From an uncultured Bacteroidales bacterium (lineage in GTDB: Bacteria; Bacteroidota; Bacteroidia; Bacteroidales; JAEINX01), in NCBI GenBank assembly GCA_964462015.1, contig CAYWXI010000026.1:233-64232 (forward strand): a stretch of 64,000 nt of DNA, given 5' to 3'. How positions within the stretch are numbered: the stretch's first letter is position 1; each line of letters opens with the position of its first letter. Under the pieces are notes generated by a model, which was not told the origin of the DNA, made no database searches, and was given only the letters and a program-made list of their open reading frames with translations. Made by a program: the position numbers and the translations under genes. Shown one piece after another: positions 25,895 through 36,161 of the stretch.

Positions 25895-26746
25895 TTACTT
25901 TATTCCTCTTTGTTTTTTAATCTCTTCATAAGCAGCATTTAATTTCTGAAACTTTTCTTTGGCTGCGGTTTTTATGTCTTCACCAAGATGAGCAACTTTA
26001 TCGGGATGGAATTTTACTGCCATTTTATGATAAGATTTTTTAATTTCATCATCGCCTGATTCGGGAGAGGTTTCAAGAATTTTGTAGGCACTATCAATAT
26101 CTTTTACAAACATTGCTTTAATTGAATCATAATCATTATGGCTTATTCCAAGGTATGAACTGATTAAGTCAATTGTATCAACCTCCTGTGAATGATATTG
26201 TCCATCGGCAGAGGAAATTCCAAAAAGAAAATGAAGTAATTGCAATCGTGCGGGATAATCCATATATTGCTTGATTTGCAAACTAACTTCCTGAACATTT
26301 ATTTCCTGCTTCAGTATTTCTCTCAATAATTTAATTTTTTGTTGAGCTTCGTAAGCGCCGAACTGGCGGATGAAAAGTTGCTTAACATATTCTAATTCCG
26401 AACGCATAATACGGCCATCGGCTTTCATAATTGCAGCCGAAAGAATTAATAAACTAATACTGAAATCACCTGACTGTGTTGGTTTGTACTCGTACTTCCC
26501 TGTTTGCATCCCATCGTACATCGAACCGAAAGCAAAACCCATGATCGCTCCGATAGGCCCTCCAAAGGCCCATCCCAGCCCCCCTCCTATCCATTTTCCA
26601 TATGATTTCTTAGTTTGGGCTTGAGTCGAATTAGGTTCAGAAGAATTTCCAGATCCCTCGTAAGGATGCTGTTTTTGCTTTTTATTTATGTTCATTGCAA
26701 AATAAACAATAATACCGATTACTAAGATAATTATAATGAATGTCAT
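25895..26746 (-). CDS. DjlA-like membrane co-chaperone (TM + TerB-like domain + C-terminal J domain)
   Basis: The J domain reads YKILETSPESGDDEIKKSYHKMAVKFHPDK. The central region is TerB-like (AAIMKADGRIMRSELEYV) and there are N-terminal TM and Gly-rich segments. Confidence 0.7.
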   Translation of the reverse strand: MTFIIIILVIGIIVYFAMNINKKQKQHPYEGSGNSSEPNSTQAQTKKSYGKWIGGGLGWAFGGPIGAIMGFAFGSMYDGMQTGKYEYKPTQSGDFSISLLILSAAIMKADGRIMRSELEYVKQLFIRQFGAYEAQQKIKLLREILKQEINVQEVSLQIKQYMDYPARLQLLHFLFGISSADGQYHSQEVDTIDLISSYLGISHNDYDSIKAMFVKDIDSAYKILETSPESGDDEIKKSYHKMAVKFHPDKVAHLGEDIKTAAKEKFQKLNAAYEEIKKQRGIK

Positions 26747-27012
26747 GATCTATATGGTTATATGGCTACTATTTGATTATGTTTCACTCAGTTATTTACT
26801 TATGCTTTTGGATAAAATCACATTACTTTTTATGAATTCCGGTTTTACCGGAAAAACCATGTAAAAATAATAAAAAAAAATGCCATTGCAACTTAAGGTA
26901 AGCAAATTCATTTTTTTATTTTAAATTAGCTGTTAATTTACAGCTTGCTTTTCCTTAATAATGTTGCAATGACATCAATAATTAGATAATACCTCTTCCC
27001 AGGATTAAATAA

Positions 27013-28350
27013 TTAAGAAATATTTTCACTAACAGGCAAACCATATTCTTCAATCATTTTAATATCCATTGTTTCAAGATGATCAAGAATTGGGTTGTAG
27101 ATTTCAGGTATTACAGGAATATGAACACCGGTTGTTTTGATTTTTCCTTCAAGTAGCATTTCAACTGCACAAGCAGCAGGTAATGCTACGGTTCTGGCAA
27201 TTGATGTATCGGTTTTCAATGTACCAAAATCCAACATCCTTGATTTAATTACTTCCTGTTTTCCGTCAGGATATTCAGCAAGAAAAGTATGTTGCATTAC
27301 TACCATATCACGTTCATCTTCACCTATCATCATTTTTTCGATCATTAGGTCGGATACGATCTCAAATACTGAGTCTTCTTTTCTGTTCATCGGTTCTGAT
27401 GAGAATAAACCAAGCCATTCCAGAGCAATAACCGGATCGGAATCCTCTGCAATATTTAATTTTTCGGCTACTTTTTTTCTAATATCATCTGAATTATCAG
27501 CACCAATCATTTTTGCCATAAAACCGGCATAAGTCATTCCTTCAGCATCAAATTTATCATACGATAATAAATTAATAGCTTTGAAAGCATCAATTATTTC
27601 ACACCATTTGTCGTAACGGAAAGTTCCACGGAATATAGTTTCGGTTTCCGGAATACCGTAAAGTTCGGTATATGGCAATGAATCCCGGTTCGGATAAACT
27701 TCTAATTCTCCGACTTCCGGAAAATCTAATTCTATAGGATTTTTGAAAAGATCTTCGGTGGGAATATAATTTACTTTTCCATGGCGTAAATAGTTTCCAT
27801 CATTATTTCCTGCCATTACAACTCCTTTTGGAGCCCAGGAGAATTTATATTTGAAAGGATTTTTCTCAACCTCAGGTGCTACCAATGCACCACAGAAAGA
27901 ATAAAATTCTTTTATTTTTCCGTTTTTATTATGAACATTGTCAATAATTCTCATTGCCGACATATGATCAATCCCCGGATCGAGTCCGATTTCGTTTAAA
28001 ATAAGAATTCCTGCATTCTTTGCTTCTTTATCCAAAGCTTTCATTTCAGGTTTTACGTAAGAAGTAGTTACCATATTCTTTTTATGTTTGATGCAACTTT
28101 TTGCAACCATAACATGGTAAGCATAAGGTAATAGACTAACAGAAAGATCATGATCTTTTACAAGTTTATCAAGTGTATCTTCATCGTCAACAGTCCATTT
28201 CATTGCGGTTCCATTCGGATGGCCATCAATCATTTTTTCTGCTTTCGATTCTGTTCGGGTTGCAACAGTTACAGCATATCCTTGTTTTAAAAGATATTGA
28301 ACTATTGGTTTTACAACCATTCCTGCTCCAAGAATTAATACTTTTTTCAT
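27013..28350 (-). CDS. Saccharopine dehydrogenase family protein (NADP+, L-glutamate-forming type)
   Basis: 445 aa. Rossmann motif KKVLILGAGMVVKP. LNEIGLDPGIDHM is typical of Sdh/LYS9-type enzymes. Confidence 0.75.
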   Translation of the reverse strand: MKKVLILGAGMVVKPIVQYLLKQGYAVTVATRTESKAEKMIDGHPNGTAMKWTVDDEDTLDKLVKDHDLSVSLLPYAYHVMVAKSCIKHKKNMVTTSYVKPEMKALDKEAKNAGILILNEIGLDPGIDHMSAMRIIDNVHNKNGKIKEFYSFCGALVAPEVEKNPFKYKFSWAPKGVVMAGNNDGNYLRHGKVNYIPTEDLFKNPIELDFPEVGELEVYPNRDSLPYTELYGIPETETIFRGTFRYDKWCEIIDAFKAINLLSYDKFDAEGMTYAGFMAKMIGADNSDDIRKKVAEKLNIAEDSDPVIALEWLGLFSSEPMNRKEDSVFEIVSDLMIEKMMIGEDERDMVVMQHTFLAEYPDGKQEVIKSRMLDFGTLKTDTSIARTVALPAACAVEMLLEGKIKTTGVHIPVIPEIYNPILDHLETMDIKMIEEYGLPVSENIS

Positions 28351-28508
28351 ATTTTTCTAATTTCTTCCCGAATATCCGGGTGCGTTTTTTGTATTTTGTG
28401 AATTATAAAAAGAAATCTGTTTTACTTTTTGATTTATTACTTTTTGTTAGATTTTTTGATAATCTTTATTTTTCAGTAGCCTCATAAACGAAAACTATTA
28501 GCAAGTTA

Positions 28509-29819
28509 TTATTTCAAATATTCAGAAATATATTCATAATCGGGTGTTAGCTTTCCTTTATGAATAATAAGTGCTTTTTTGATCGGTTTTGGCAAATTAA
28601 GAAATTCAAAAGGAACATCATAGTTAGTAGATACAATAACATTTACAAATCTCAGCATTGCATCGCCAAACGAAATTGATGATTCGCGGGGAAGTTCACT
28701 CGGAAGAATATCCACAGGCATTATTAACAAACCATCACCCTTAGCCCCCATTTCGTAAGTATCTGTAGCCGGATTGTAAACAAAAATCGGGTCTTCAATT
28801 TCGGTACCTTTGTGAGTGCATTCAATAGAGCCGTTGGGATCACAGGTAACATCACCGATTACAATCAGTTTCGGATTATTGTTTTTAAATAATTGTTTCA
28901 AATACTGTTTTGTTACAATTCTCGGATAGCGGGCATCCCAATACATACAATTCATAAGAACAGTAAGATGAGGTATGTATTTTTCAAATTGACTTTTATA
29001 TTTTTCCGGATGTTGATAATAATCCTGTAATTCGAATTCATTTTTTTCGTCGATAGGTTCCGAAAGGTCTTCTTCTTTAAAGATTATTTTATATAAAACA
29101 TTATCGGGCAAATTTTTATTTCCCTTTAATTTAAGAAGCTCGACAGGCGAAATTTCCATTATCGGTAAAAGCTGTGCAATTTCCTGAGCACCTATTGAAA
29201 CATTTCCATAACCGGTTATTCCTATAGTTAGCGGACATAATTCTTTTGGCAAACCTTTTTCGGCAATCTCAAAACCAACTTCAGAAATATCATTCTTAGC
29301 TTCTTCAAGCGAATTATATTTATGCGATTGTTTAAGTTTCAGAAATGGAGTTTCGTATCCGAGTTCCTTTAATCTTAATCCCAATGACCACAACGAATTG
29401 ATCATTCCGGCCAGGCCTGCATATTTTCCAAAAAATATAAGCCGCTTTCCTTCCTCGTTTTCAATTTTCTCGTAATCAATTAAATTACATCCCAACTCCA
29501 TCATTTTTTTCAGCATTGGCATATTATATTCCTGCCCTTTTATTACATGCGAAAAAAAGATGTATGTTTTTCCCTTTTCAAAAAATGAGACCGGCATTTC
29601 TTTAACGCCAAAAATAACCGGTGCTAATGATAGTTCATTAACAATTTCAGCACCGGCATCTTTAAACTCATTATCAGTAAATATTCGTTTCGGTGAGCTT
29701 TCAACTAAAAACTTTAAATCATGATCTTTTACTATTTTGCGTACCTGCTTTGGGGAAATTGCAACGCGTCTTTCCATTTTATATTTATCCTCATGTCGAA
29801 TGCCAACTATCTTATTCAT
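28509..29819 (-). CDS. Lysine-ketoglutarate reductase / saccharopine dehydrogenase (L-lysine-forming)-like, AlaDH/PNT-fold protein
   Basis: 436 aa. It begins IGIRHEDKYKMERRVAISP and has the dinucleotide site ITGYGNVSIGAQ. It is adjacent to the Sdh gene. Confidence 0.6.
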   Translation of the reverse strand: MNKIVGIRHEDKYKMERRVAISPKQVRKIVKDHDLKFLVESSPKRIFTDNEFKDAGAEIVNELSLAPVIFGVKEMPVSFFEKGKTYIFFSHVIKGQEYNMPMLKKMMELGCNLIDYEKIENEEGKRLIFFGKYAGLAGMINSLWSLGLRLKELGYETPFLKLKQSHKYNSLEEAKNDISEVGFEIAEKGLPKELCPLTIGITGYGNVSIGAQEIAQLLPIMEISPVELLKLKGNKNLPDNVLYKIIFKEEDLSEPIDEKNEFELQDYYQHPEKYKSQFEKYIPHLTVLMNCMYWDARYPRIVTKQYLKQLFKNNNPKLIVIGDVTCDPNGSIECTHKGTEIEDPIFVYNPATDTYEMGAKGDGLLIMPVDILPSELPRESSISFGDAMLRFVNVIVSTNYDVPFEFLNLPKPIKKALIIHKGKLTPDYEYISEYLK

Positions 29820-30083
29820 CTCTTATTAGGTATTTTACATTAATTTAATTTTATTGAACAAAAGTAAATAATTTTAAATCACAAATATCAATGAAAGAAT
29901 ATATTTTTTCTTCTTTTGTTTTAGACTTTATGAGTGGGAAAGACAGATAGAGTCCGAAGTCGGAAGTCCCAAGTTTTTTATACGTCGAACGGAGTAAAAT
30001 CCATCCATACTAACTTCGTATCGTTTGCTTCGCTTCATATGGACAAGTTTGAACTTCTGTCTTCAGTCTTCTGACTTCGAGCT

Positions 30084-30341
30084 TCAGTCTTCAATTTTTA
30101 TTAGCGACTCCTTCGAGAAAGTTCCGTTTTTAAGTTCATTACCTTCAAACCATTGGCAAATTATATCGCCATCTTTAAAGCCTTTCATCATTTTAATATA
30201 ATCGTCAACCATTTGAAACGAAACTTCGTGTTCAACACCAATAAATCTTTGAATAGTCATTTTCGGGCCACCTGTTTTTAGTTGTACTATATCACCGGAT
30301 TTAAATTTTTCCATTTTTTCTTTTATAATTTTTTTTAACAA
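30084..30341 (-). CDS. DUF2158 (YodC-like) small protein
   Basis: FKSGDIVQLKTGGPKMTI matches the YodC signature. The true start may be the internal MEKFKSGD. Confidence 0.6.
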   Translation of the reverse strand: MLKKIIKEKMEKFKSGDIVQLKTGGPKMTIQRFIGVEHEVSFQMVDDYIKMMKGFKDGDIICQWFEGNELKNGTFSKESLIKIED

Positions 30342-30537
30342 ATGTATTAATAATTTTGGTTCTAAAATTAAATGAAAGCATCATTTTCATTTCATATTTT
30401 TCAAAACGAATATTATTTAACCATTTTATTTACTAATAATTTATCATATTGTAAAGATAAATAAAATTGCTTCTTATTTATCAAGAAACAAATTGTATAT
30501 TTGTCTTTTATTTCAAGAAATATAACATATAAATTAT

Positions 30538-31860
30538 ATGGAAAACAAGAAAGAACTATTAAAACAACTAATAATAGAATTCCAAAAAAGAATTCCTTTT
30601 GCAGTTTTTCCGAGAGAAACAACTCTCCCTATTAAATCAAATAAAATTATATCTGTAAGTGGTGTACGGAGAAGTGGCAAAACTCATATCTTGTTTGAAA
30701 CAATTAATGGAATTATAAAGAGTGGTGTTCCTAAGGAAAATATACTATTTATTAATTTCGATGATGAGCGATTAATGTTAAAAACAGAGGAGTTTGATTA
30801 TATTCTCTTATCTTATATTGAGCTATTTCCTGATATTGATTTAAATGAAGTATATGTTTTTTTTGATGAGATTCAGATGCTTGATAAGTGGGAACAATAT
30901 GTTAGAAGGCTATATGATAAAAATATTAATAATATATTTATTTCAGGATCAAATTCTAAATTATTAGCTACTGAGATTGCCACTTCATTACGCGGCCGAG
31001 CATTGCAATATGAAGTATTTCCTTTATCATTTAACGAATTTTGTAGTTTTAGGAAATTGGATACTAACTATTATGATTTACAAAATAGAGCTAAACTTAT
31101 AAATGCTTTTAATGAGTTTCTTAGCAAAGGTTCATTCCCTGAAGTAGTATTAAACAACTATTTGTTTTTCGAAAGAACTCTTCATGAGTATTATCATGTA
31201 ATGATTTATAAGGATTTAATAGAACGCTATCAGATTACAAATATTCCTGTGTTAAAATATTTTGTATTACGACTAATTTCAAATTTAACAAAACCTGTTT
31301 CAATAAATAAAATTTACAATGAAATCCGCTCTGCCGGCTTAAAACTGGATAAAAATTTTCTTTACAAATTGGCAGATTATCTCAATAGCATTTATTTTTC
31401 ACAGACTATTGGCAAATATGATAATTCAATAATTAAAACAGAACTTGCCAATACAAAAAAAACATATTTGATAGACAATGGTTTAATAACTTCTTTGAGT
31501 TTTACAACAAATAAAGACTATGGCAAGCTACTTGAAAATTCTGTATATTTATGGTTGCGTACAAAAACTTATTTCAATAAAGGGCTATATTTTTATAGCC
31601 ATAAGCATGAATGTGATTTTGTTGTAGTAAAAAAAGACAAAACAAGTCTTTTAATACAAGTTAGTTATGATATTAGTAGTTTGGAAACCAGAAAAAGAGA
31701 AATTGCCGGTATTATTGAAGCATCAAAATATTTAGATTGTCGGAATGCTATTATAATAACTTATAATAATGAAGATGAAATTAAATATAAAGAGCTAACA
31801 ATTAGTGTTATTCCTGCGTATAAGATTTTTTTAAACAATGATTATGCTAAATTATCTTAA
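30538..31860 (+). CDS. AAA+ ATPase with a DUF4143-type C-terminal domain
   Basis: 440 aa. Walker A is GVRRSGKT and Walker B is VFFDEIQ. The architecture is typical of the AAA_14/DUF4143 family. Confidence 0.75.
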   Translation: MENKKELLKQLIIEFQKRIPFAVFPRETTLPIKSNKIISVSGVRRSGKTHILFETINGIIKSGVPKENILFINFDDERLMLKTEEFDYILLSYIELFPDIDLNEVYVFFDEIQMLDKWEQYVRRLYDKNINNIFISGSNSKLLATEIATSLRGRALQYEVFPLSFNEFCSFRKLDTNYYDLQNRAKLINAFNEFLSKGSFPEVVLNNYLFFERTLHEYYHVMIYKDLIERYQITNIPVLKYFVLRLISNLTKPVSINKIYNEIRSAGLKLDKNFLYKLADYLNSIYFSQTIGKYDNSIIKTELANTKKTYLIDNGLITSLSFTTNKDYGKLLENSVYLWLRTKTYFNKGLYFYSHKHECDFVVVKKDKTSLLIQVSYDISSLETRKREIAGIIEASKYLDCRNAIIITYNNEDEIKYKELTISVIPAYKIFLNNDYAKLS

Positions 31861-32170
31861 TCACAGTATTTTTTTTCTTTCACTTGATATAAAACAACAC
31901 CCACTCGTTTTATATGGTCTAATAGCTCAGGATTAGATATTTGATCAAAAATTGATATATCAAAAGTATAAGGCAACAGTAAGCTCTCAATATCTTCACT
32001 AATTCTGTTTATTACATATAAATCTATGTTTCCTTTAATGGTCAGGTCAATATCTGAACCGTTTTTATAATTACCTTTTGCCCTTGATCCATAAAGTATT
32101 ACTGTTAAAATTTGTTTATATTTTGCAATAACCTGACAGGTTTAAATTCAGACAGAACAAAAGATTCCAT
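31857..32170 (-). pseudogene. MNT-type nucleotidyltransferase, N-terminus out of frame (1-nt frameshift) or non-canonical start
   Basis: My minus-strand translation is VIAKYKQILTVILYGSRAKGNYKNGSDIDLTIKG...HIKRVGVVLYQVKEKKYCD* (GSxxxG...DIDL motif), with no in-frame start codon. An ATG at 32170 opens MESFVLSEFKPVR in another frame, which stops after 21 codons. No HEPN partner was seen. Confidence 0.5.
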
Positions 32171-32260
32171 CTTTTGAAAAGATTGAATCTTTAAAAATCC
32201 GTGTTATCCGCGTCATCCGTGTTCTATTTATTTTCAATCATCAATTAAAAATCAACAATA

Positions 32261-33019
32261 TTAAATAATCCTGACATCAGATGACTTCAACCATCCAATG
32301 CTACCATTTGCAATTCTGATTTCGTACCAATCACCAAGATGTTGAATAATTCGAACTTTTGATCCTTCATGCATAACAAACAAGTCAACACTATTTTGAT
32401 TAGGTGAACTTTTTATTGTAATTGTCGGGGTGAAAACAATTGCTTGTTGTTTTGAACTGAAGGAATTGAATTTTTGATAAGAAAGTATGAATGAAGTAAT
32501 TGAAAAAACAAAAAATAATACCCCAAACCAAAAAGATAGTTTTCGGTAGATAAAAACATTTGACAGGAAAAATATTGCCAGCAATATTAAGGTTATGAAA
32601 AATGTTGCCAAACAAATTATTGCAAGTGTGTTTGTTGAAAATAAATTATACATTGAATTCCACCAACGAACATAAAACAACACCGGAACCGATTCAATTT
32701 TATCGGGTATCTTGTTTCTTGCAATATTCAGATTGAAATCAATATCACTATCATTTGGATCAAGTTTTTTAGCTTTTTCATAATATAAAATTGCTGGAGC
32801 CATTTCATTAATTTTGAAATATGCATTTCCAAGGTTATAATATAATTTCGGGGATTCATATCCGCTATTTACAAGACTCATATAACTTTCAATTGCATTA
32901 TTATATAAACCTTCAGAATATTCCTTATTAGCTTTAATAATTAAAGAATCACTTTTCTCTTCAGCTTTAAGGTTTAAAAAAGAGACAAAAAATGCTATAA
33001 TGAATATTGTATGTTTCAT
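32261..33019 (-). CDS. batE: BatE-like protein (TPR + TM segments + C-terminal SH3b)
   Basis: Has a signal peptide and TPR repeats (YNLGNAYFKINEMAPAILYYEKAKKLDPND). The C-terminus reads GDWYEIRIANGSIGWLKSSDV. It is the last gene of the bat operon. Confidence 0.65.
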   Translation of the reverse strand: MKHTIFIIAFFVSFLNLKAEEKSDSLIIKANKEYSEGLYNNAIESYMSLVNSGYESPKLYYNLGNAYFKINEMAPAILYYEKAKKLDPNDSDIDFNLNIARNKIPDKIESVPVLFYVRWWNSMYNLFSTNTLAIICLATFFITLILLAIFFLSNVFIYRKLSFWFGVLFFVFSITSFILSYQKFNSFSSKQQAIVFTPTITIKSSPNQNSVDLFVMHEGSKVRIIQHLGDWYEIRIANGSIGWLKSSDVRII

Positions 33020-33232
33020 AAGTTTAAAATTTGTTTCCCGCAGATTACGCTGACCTGTCTGCCGACAAGGCAGGTTTTCGCTGATGTTTTATTAGCGTTT
33101 ATCATCGTGGGATTAGGGTCTAAGCCCCCATTTTTATAAACATTGTACGTTAAATCCAAAGGTTCAACGGCTTATTTCACTTCGGGGGCTTAGACCCTGT
33201 TATTTCACTAATTTTTTCATTTGTTTATTTTT

Positions 33233-33277
33233 GGGAAATTAGAAATTTGGCACTCTTCCTAATTTCTAATTTCTAAC
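33233..33277. repeat. GAAATT-word hairpin (family member 2), abutting the batD stop codon
   Basis: GGGAAATTAGAAATTTGG-cactctt-CCTAATTTCTAATTTCTAAC. The right arm ends 1-2 nt from the minus-strand TGA at 33279-33281. Confidence 0.6.
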
Positions 33278-33278
33278 T

Positions 33279-35195
33279 TCATTTCAATTCTTTTTCAATT
33301 TTAATTATTATTTCAAGAGCTTCATTGTAAATATTATCCATGTTTTTTGAGCTGTCGCCGGGTGCGAATCTTGCAAATTCACAATTATTAAGGGTTTTAA
33401 TGAACTGATTTATTATTTCTTCTTTAACATTCTTTTTCATTAAAGCATCATTTACCGAATCCATTGATAATTCTGCGAGTGGAATACTGAATTTATCGCT
33501 TAGATATCCCCAGAGAGCTTGAGAAATCTCAATATAAAATTGTTCTTTTTCGTTTGCTTTCAAACAATTAAATGCTTTTCTCAAACGATTTTTAGAAACT
33601 TTGGTCGCCTTTTTATTTTTCATCAGAGAAACATTACTCCTTTTCCTGATCTGATCTTTCCAAATTATTATAATTAAAATGAAAAGAATAAAAGGTGAAA
33701 TCAAAAGTATCCAGAATAAAGTTGATCCAAATAAAAATAAACCTGCCTTCTTAATGTGATAAGGTGGTGATTTAATATGTCTGATATCGCTACCGATATA
33801 TTTTATTTCTTCTTTATTTACACCTGTAAAAGTGAGATTTTGTTGATCTTCAATTCCTTTTTCAACCTTAATTACATATTGCGGTGAAGAAACAGTATTA
33901 TACTTTTTTGTTTTCGGATTAAAATATGAAAAAATTATAGGTTTAATAGTGAATTCACCGGCATTTCGCGGGATAATAAGGTACTCAAATATCCTGCGGC
34001 CTGTGATTCCATCCTCTGCCGGTATGATCTTTTTTGTTATTTTCGGATCATACACTTCAAAATCAGGTGGAAAAACGATATTAAATTTGTCGATAAGTTC
34101 AATGTTTCCTTCTCCGTAGACAGTTAATTTTAGTGTTAATGCTTCATTTACTTTTAAATCGGTTTTATCAATACTCGTTTTAAAATTAAAATCACCGACA
34201 GCTCCACTAAAATCGACTGGTTTATCATGTAAAGGCAAAGGTTTTACATCTACTGTTAAAGCTTCCGAAGCAACTGTTTTTTCTACATTTTGATAGGAGC
34301 CAAAAAACGGATCATTAAAAAAACTATCGAAAAATGGATCGACTCTCCTTCTTTTACTCTGAGACCTGATTTGTGCCACACATTCCATTTCAAGAGGCTC
34401 GATTTTAAGTTCACCACTTTTAACGGGAATCAGAGCTGTTTTTTTTAAATCGGCTACCACATATTCTTCACCATCAATGTATTCGTTGTATTGATTAAGG
34501 CGAGTATTATCTTTTAACAAGTTGTAAGACCAAAAGCCTGGAAATGATGAAAGCTTATTGATACCTATATTTGATAATGGTACTTTAGTATAAATTTTAT
34601 AAGTGATAACAATTTGCTCACCTTGATAAGGTTTTTTTTTGTTTACTATGGCTTTTAAAAAAACATCCTTAGTATTTGTATTAACCTGCTTATTTTGAGA
34701 AGGATTTTGACGTTGATTTCTTTGTTGATTGCTTTGTGGCCTTCTGTTGTTTTGCCTTTGACCGGAAGAACTTGCCATAGGCTTGTTTGCATTGCTTTTA
34801 ACAACTTTAATTGTCAGTGGATTTGATTCATATTTCTTTTTATCGACAACAATTGAAGCTGCCGGAATAAGAAATTCACCTTCCTTTGTAGCTTCCAAAA
34901 CATAAGAAAAAGTATAAGTTTCCGATCGCGACATATTACCGTTTATAAATCGAATGTTCGAACTACTTGATGTGTTTGGGCCGGAAAGCACTTTAAAGTC
35001 TCTGATCTTAGGGCCTCGAAACTGTTTTCCCTGTGAGTTTAAAGTAAAAGTTAAATTAAACATCTCACCAACCACAACAACACGTTTTGCTTCGGCCGAA
35101 AAAACTATATCCTCAGCTAATAATCTGTTTGAGAATATCAGAAATATTGAAAATATAAATATAAAGTATTTCTTCATTATATAATGCTTGTGCAA
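33279..35195 (-). CDS. batD: BatD (oxygen-tolerance) protein
   Basis: 638 aa with a signal peptide and a C-terminal TM segment. Position and size match batD. The start may be the internal MKKYFIF at 35177. Confidence 0.7.
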   Translation of the reverse strand: MHKHYIMKKYFIFIFSIFLIFSNRLLAEDIVFSAEAKRVVVVGEMFNLTFTLNSQGKQFRGPKIRDFKVLSGPNTSSSSNIRFINGNMSRSETYTFSYVLEATKEGEFLIPAASIVVDKKKYESNPLTIKVVKSNANKPMASSSGQRQNNRRPQSNQQRNQRQNPSQNKQVNTNTKDVFLKAIVNKKKPYQGEQIVITYKIYTKVPLSNIGINKLSSFPGFWSYNLLKDNTRLNQYNEYIDGEEYVVADLKKTALIPVKSGELKIEPLEMECVAQIRSQSKRRRVDPFFDSFFNDPFFGSYQNVEKTVASEALTVDVKPLPLHDKPVDFSGAVGDFNFKTSIDKTDLKVNEALTLKLTVYGEGNIELIDKFNIVFPPDFEVYDPKITKKIIPAEDGITGRRIFEYLIIPRNAGEFTIKPIIFSYFNPKTKKYNTVSSPQYVIKVEKGIEDQQNLTFTGVNKEEIKYIGSDIRHIKSPPYHIKKAGLFLFGSTLFWILLISPFILFILIIIIWKDQIRKRSNVSLMKNKKATKVSKNRLRKAFNCLKANEKEQFYIEISQALWGYLSDKFSIPLAELSMDSVNDALMKKNVKEEIINQFIKTLNNCEFARFAPGDSSKNMDNIYNEALEIIIKIEKELK

Positions 35196-35207
35196 ATTTA
35201 ATATTAT

Positions 35208-36032
35208 TTACCAATCCTTTTCAATTTTTACTCTTTGTGCTTTTGCGGCTTTTGCTTTTTTAAGCTTTTCAAGAGTTTCTTTTTCACCATTTTTTAAGGC
35301 CTGAAGCATACGCTCGGCATCCTTTTTTGAAATCTCCTTTGGTTTAGGTTGCTGTTTTTGTTGATCTTGTTTATCTTGTTTATCTTGTTCCTGTTTTTGT
35401 TGATCCTGATTTTGCTCCTGTTTGTCTTTATTTTCGTCTTGTTTATCTTCGTTTTTCTCTTGTTGGTCCTTATTTTGATCTTGTTTATCCTGATTTTGTT
35501 CTTTTTCGTCTTTATTCTGATCTTGCTTATCCTTATTTTCGTCTTGCTTGTCCTTATCTTGCTGGTCTTTATTATCCTTATTTTGATCTTGTTGTTGCTG
35601 TTGCTTTTTCAGCAATTGTTTTGCATATTCAAGATTATACTTTGTTTCTTTATCTTTGGGATTATTTCTAAGCGCATTTTTATAAGCTTCAATACTTTCT
35701 TCAATTTTCTGCTGGTCTAATAATGAATTTCCAAGATTATGATAAGCATCTGCTTTAACTTTTTTACTTAGATTTTTTGAAGCAATATCGTTAAACAATT
35801 TTGAAGCTTCTTCATAATTTTTTTGTTCATATAAAGCATCAGCAAGATTAAAGTTTCCTTTGAATGACTTTGGAGCAACCTCCAATGATTTCCGGTATTC
35901 AATTTCAGCTTCCGGATATTTTTTTTCTTCGAATAACTTATTTCCTTCACGAATTAAGGAATTTTCGTTTTGTGAGAATCCATTAATCGAAAACAAGAGA
36001 ATTATTGAAAAAATTGTTAGTATGTTTTTCAT
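35208..36032 (-). CDS. batC: BatC-like TPR protein with a long K/Q/D/E low-complexity region
   Basis: Has a signal peptide and TPR repeats, followed by QQQQQDQNKDNKDQQDKDKQDENKDKQ.... Confidence 0.65.
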   Translation of the reverse strand: MKNILTIFSIILLFSINGFSQNENSLIREGNKLFEEKKYPEAEIEYRKSLEVAPKSFKGNFNLADALYEQKNYEEASKLFNDIASKNLSKKVKADAYHNLGNSLLDQQKIEESIEAYKNALRNNPKDKETKYNLEYAKQLLKKQQQQQDQNKDNKDQQDKDKQDENKDKQDQNKDEKEQNQDKQDQNKDQQEKNEDKQDENKDKQEQNQDQQKQEQDKQDKQDQQKQQPKPKEISKKDAERMLQALKNGEKETLEKLKKAKAAKAQRVKIEKDW

Positions 36033-36161
36033 GTGTTTAAAATTTTCTCGCAGAGACGCAAAGACCGCAGAGAAAATTCTTTTTAATCATTCTCCTGTGT
36101 GTCAAATTGCCTTGCCATGGTTGTTTCATCTGTTTATATTTTTGTAGTTGATGCATATTTT

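Noticed and set aside
29820-30083. Possible lysine riboswitch upstream of the saccharopine-pathway genes
   Set aside because: No L-box-like conserved core was recognisable. The structured part is better explained as a low-complexity hairpin downstream of the DUF2158 gene.
35349-35720. 123-aa antisense ORF (LFILFILF...) within batC
   Set aside because: It is the mirror image of the K/Q/D/E low-complexity coding repeat of batC and is an artefact of the repeat.
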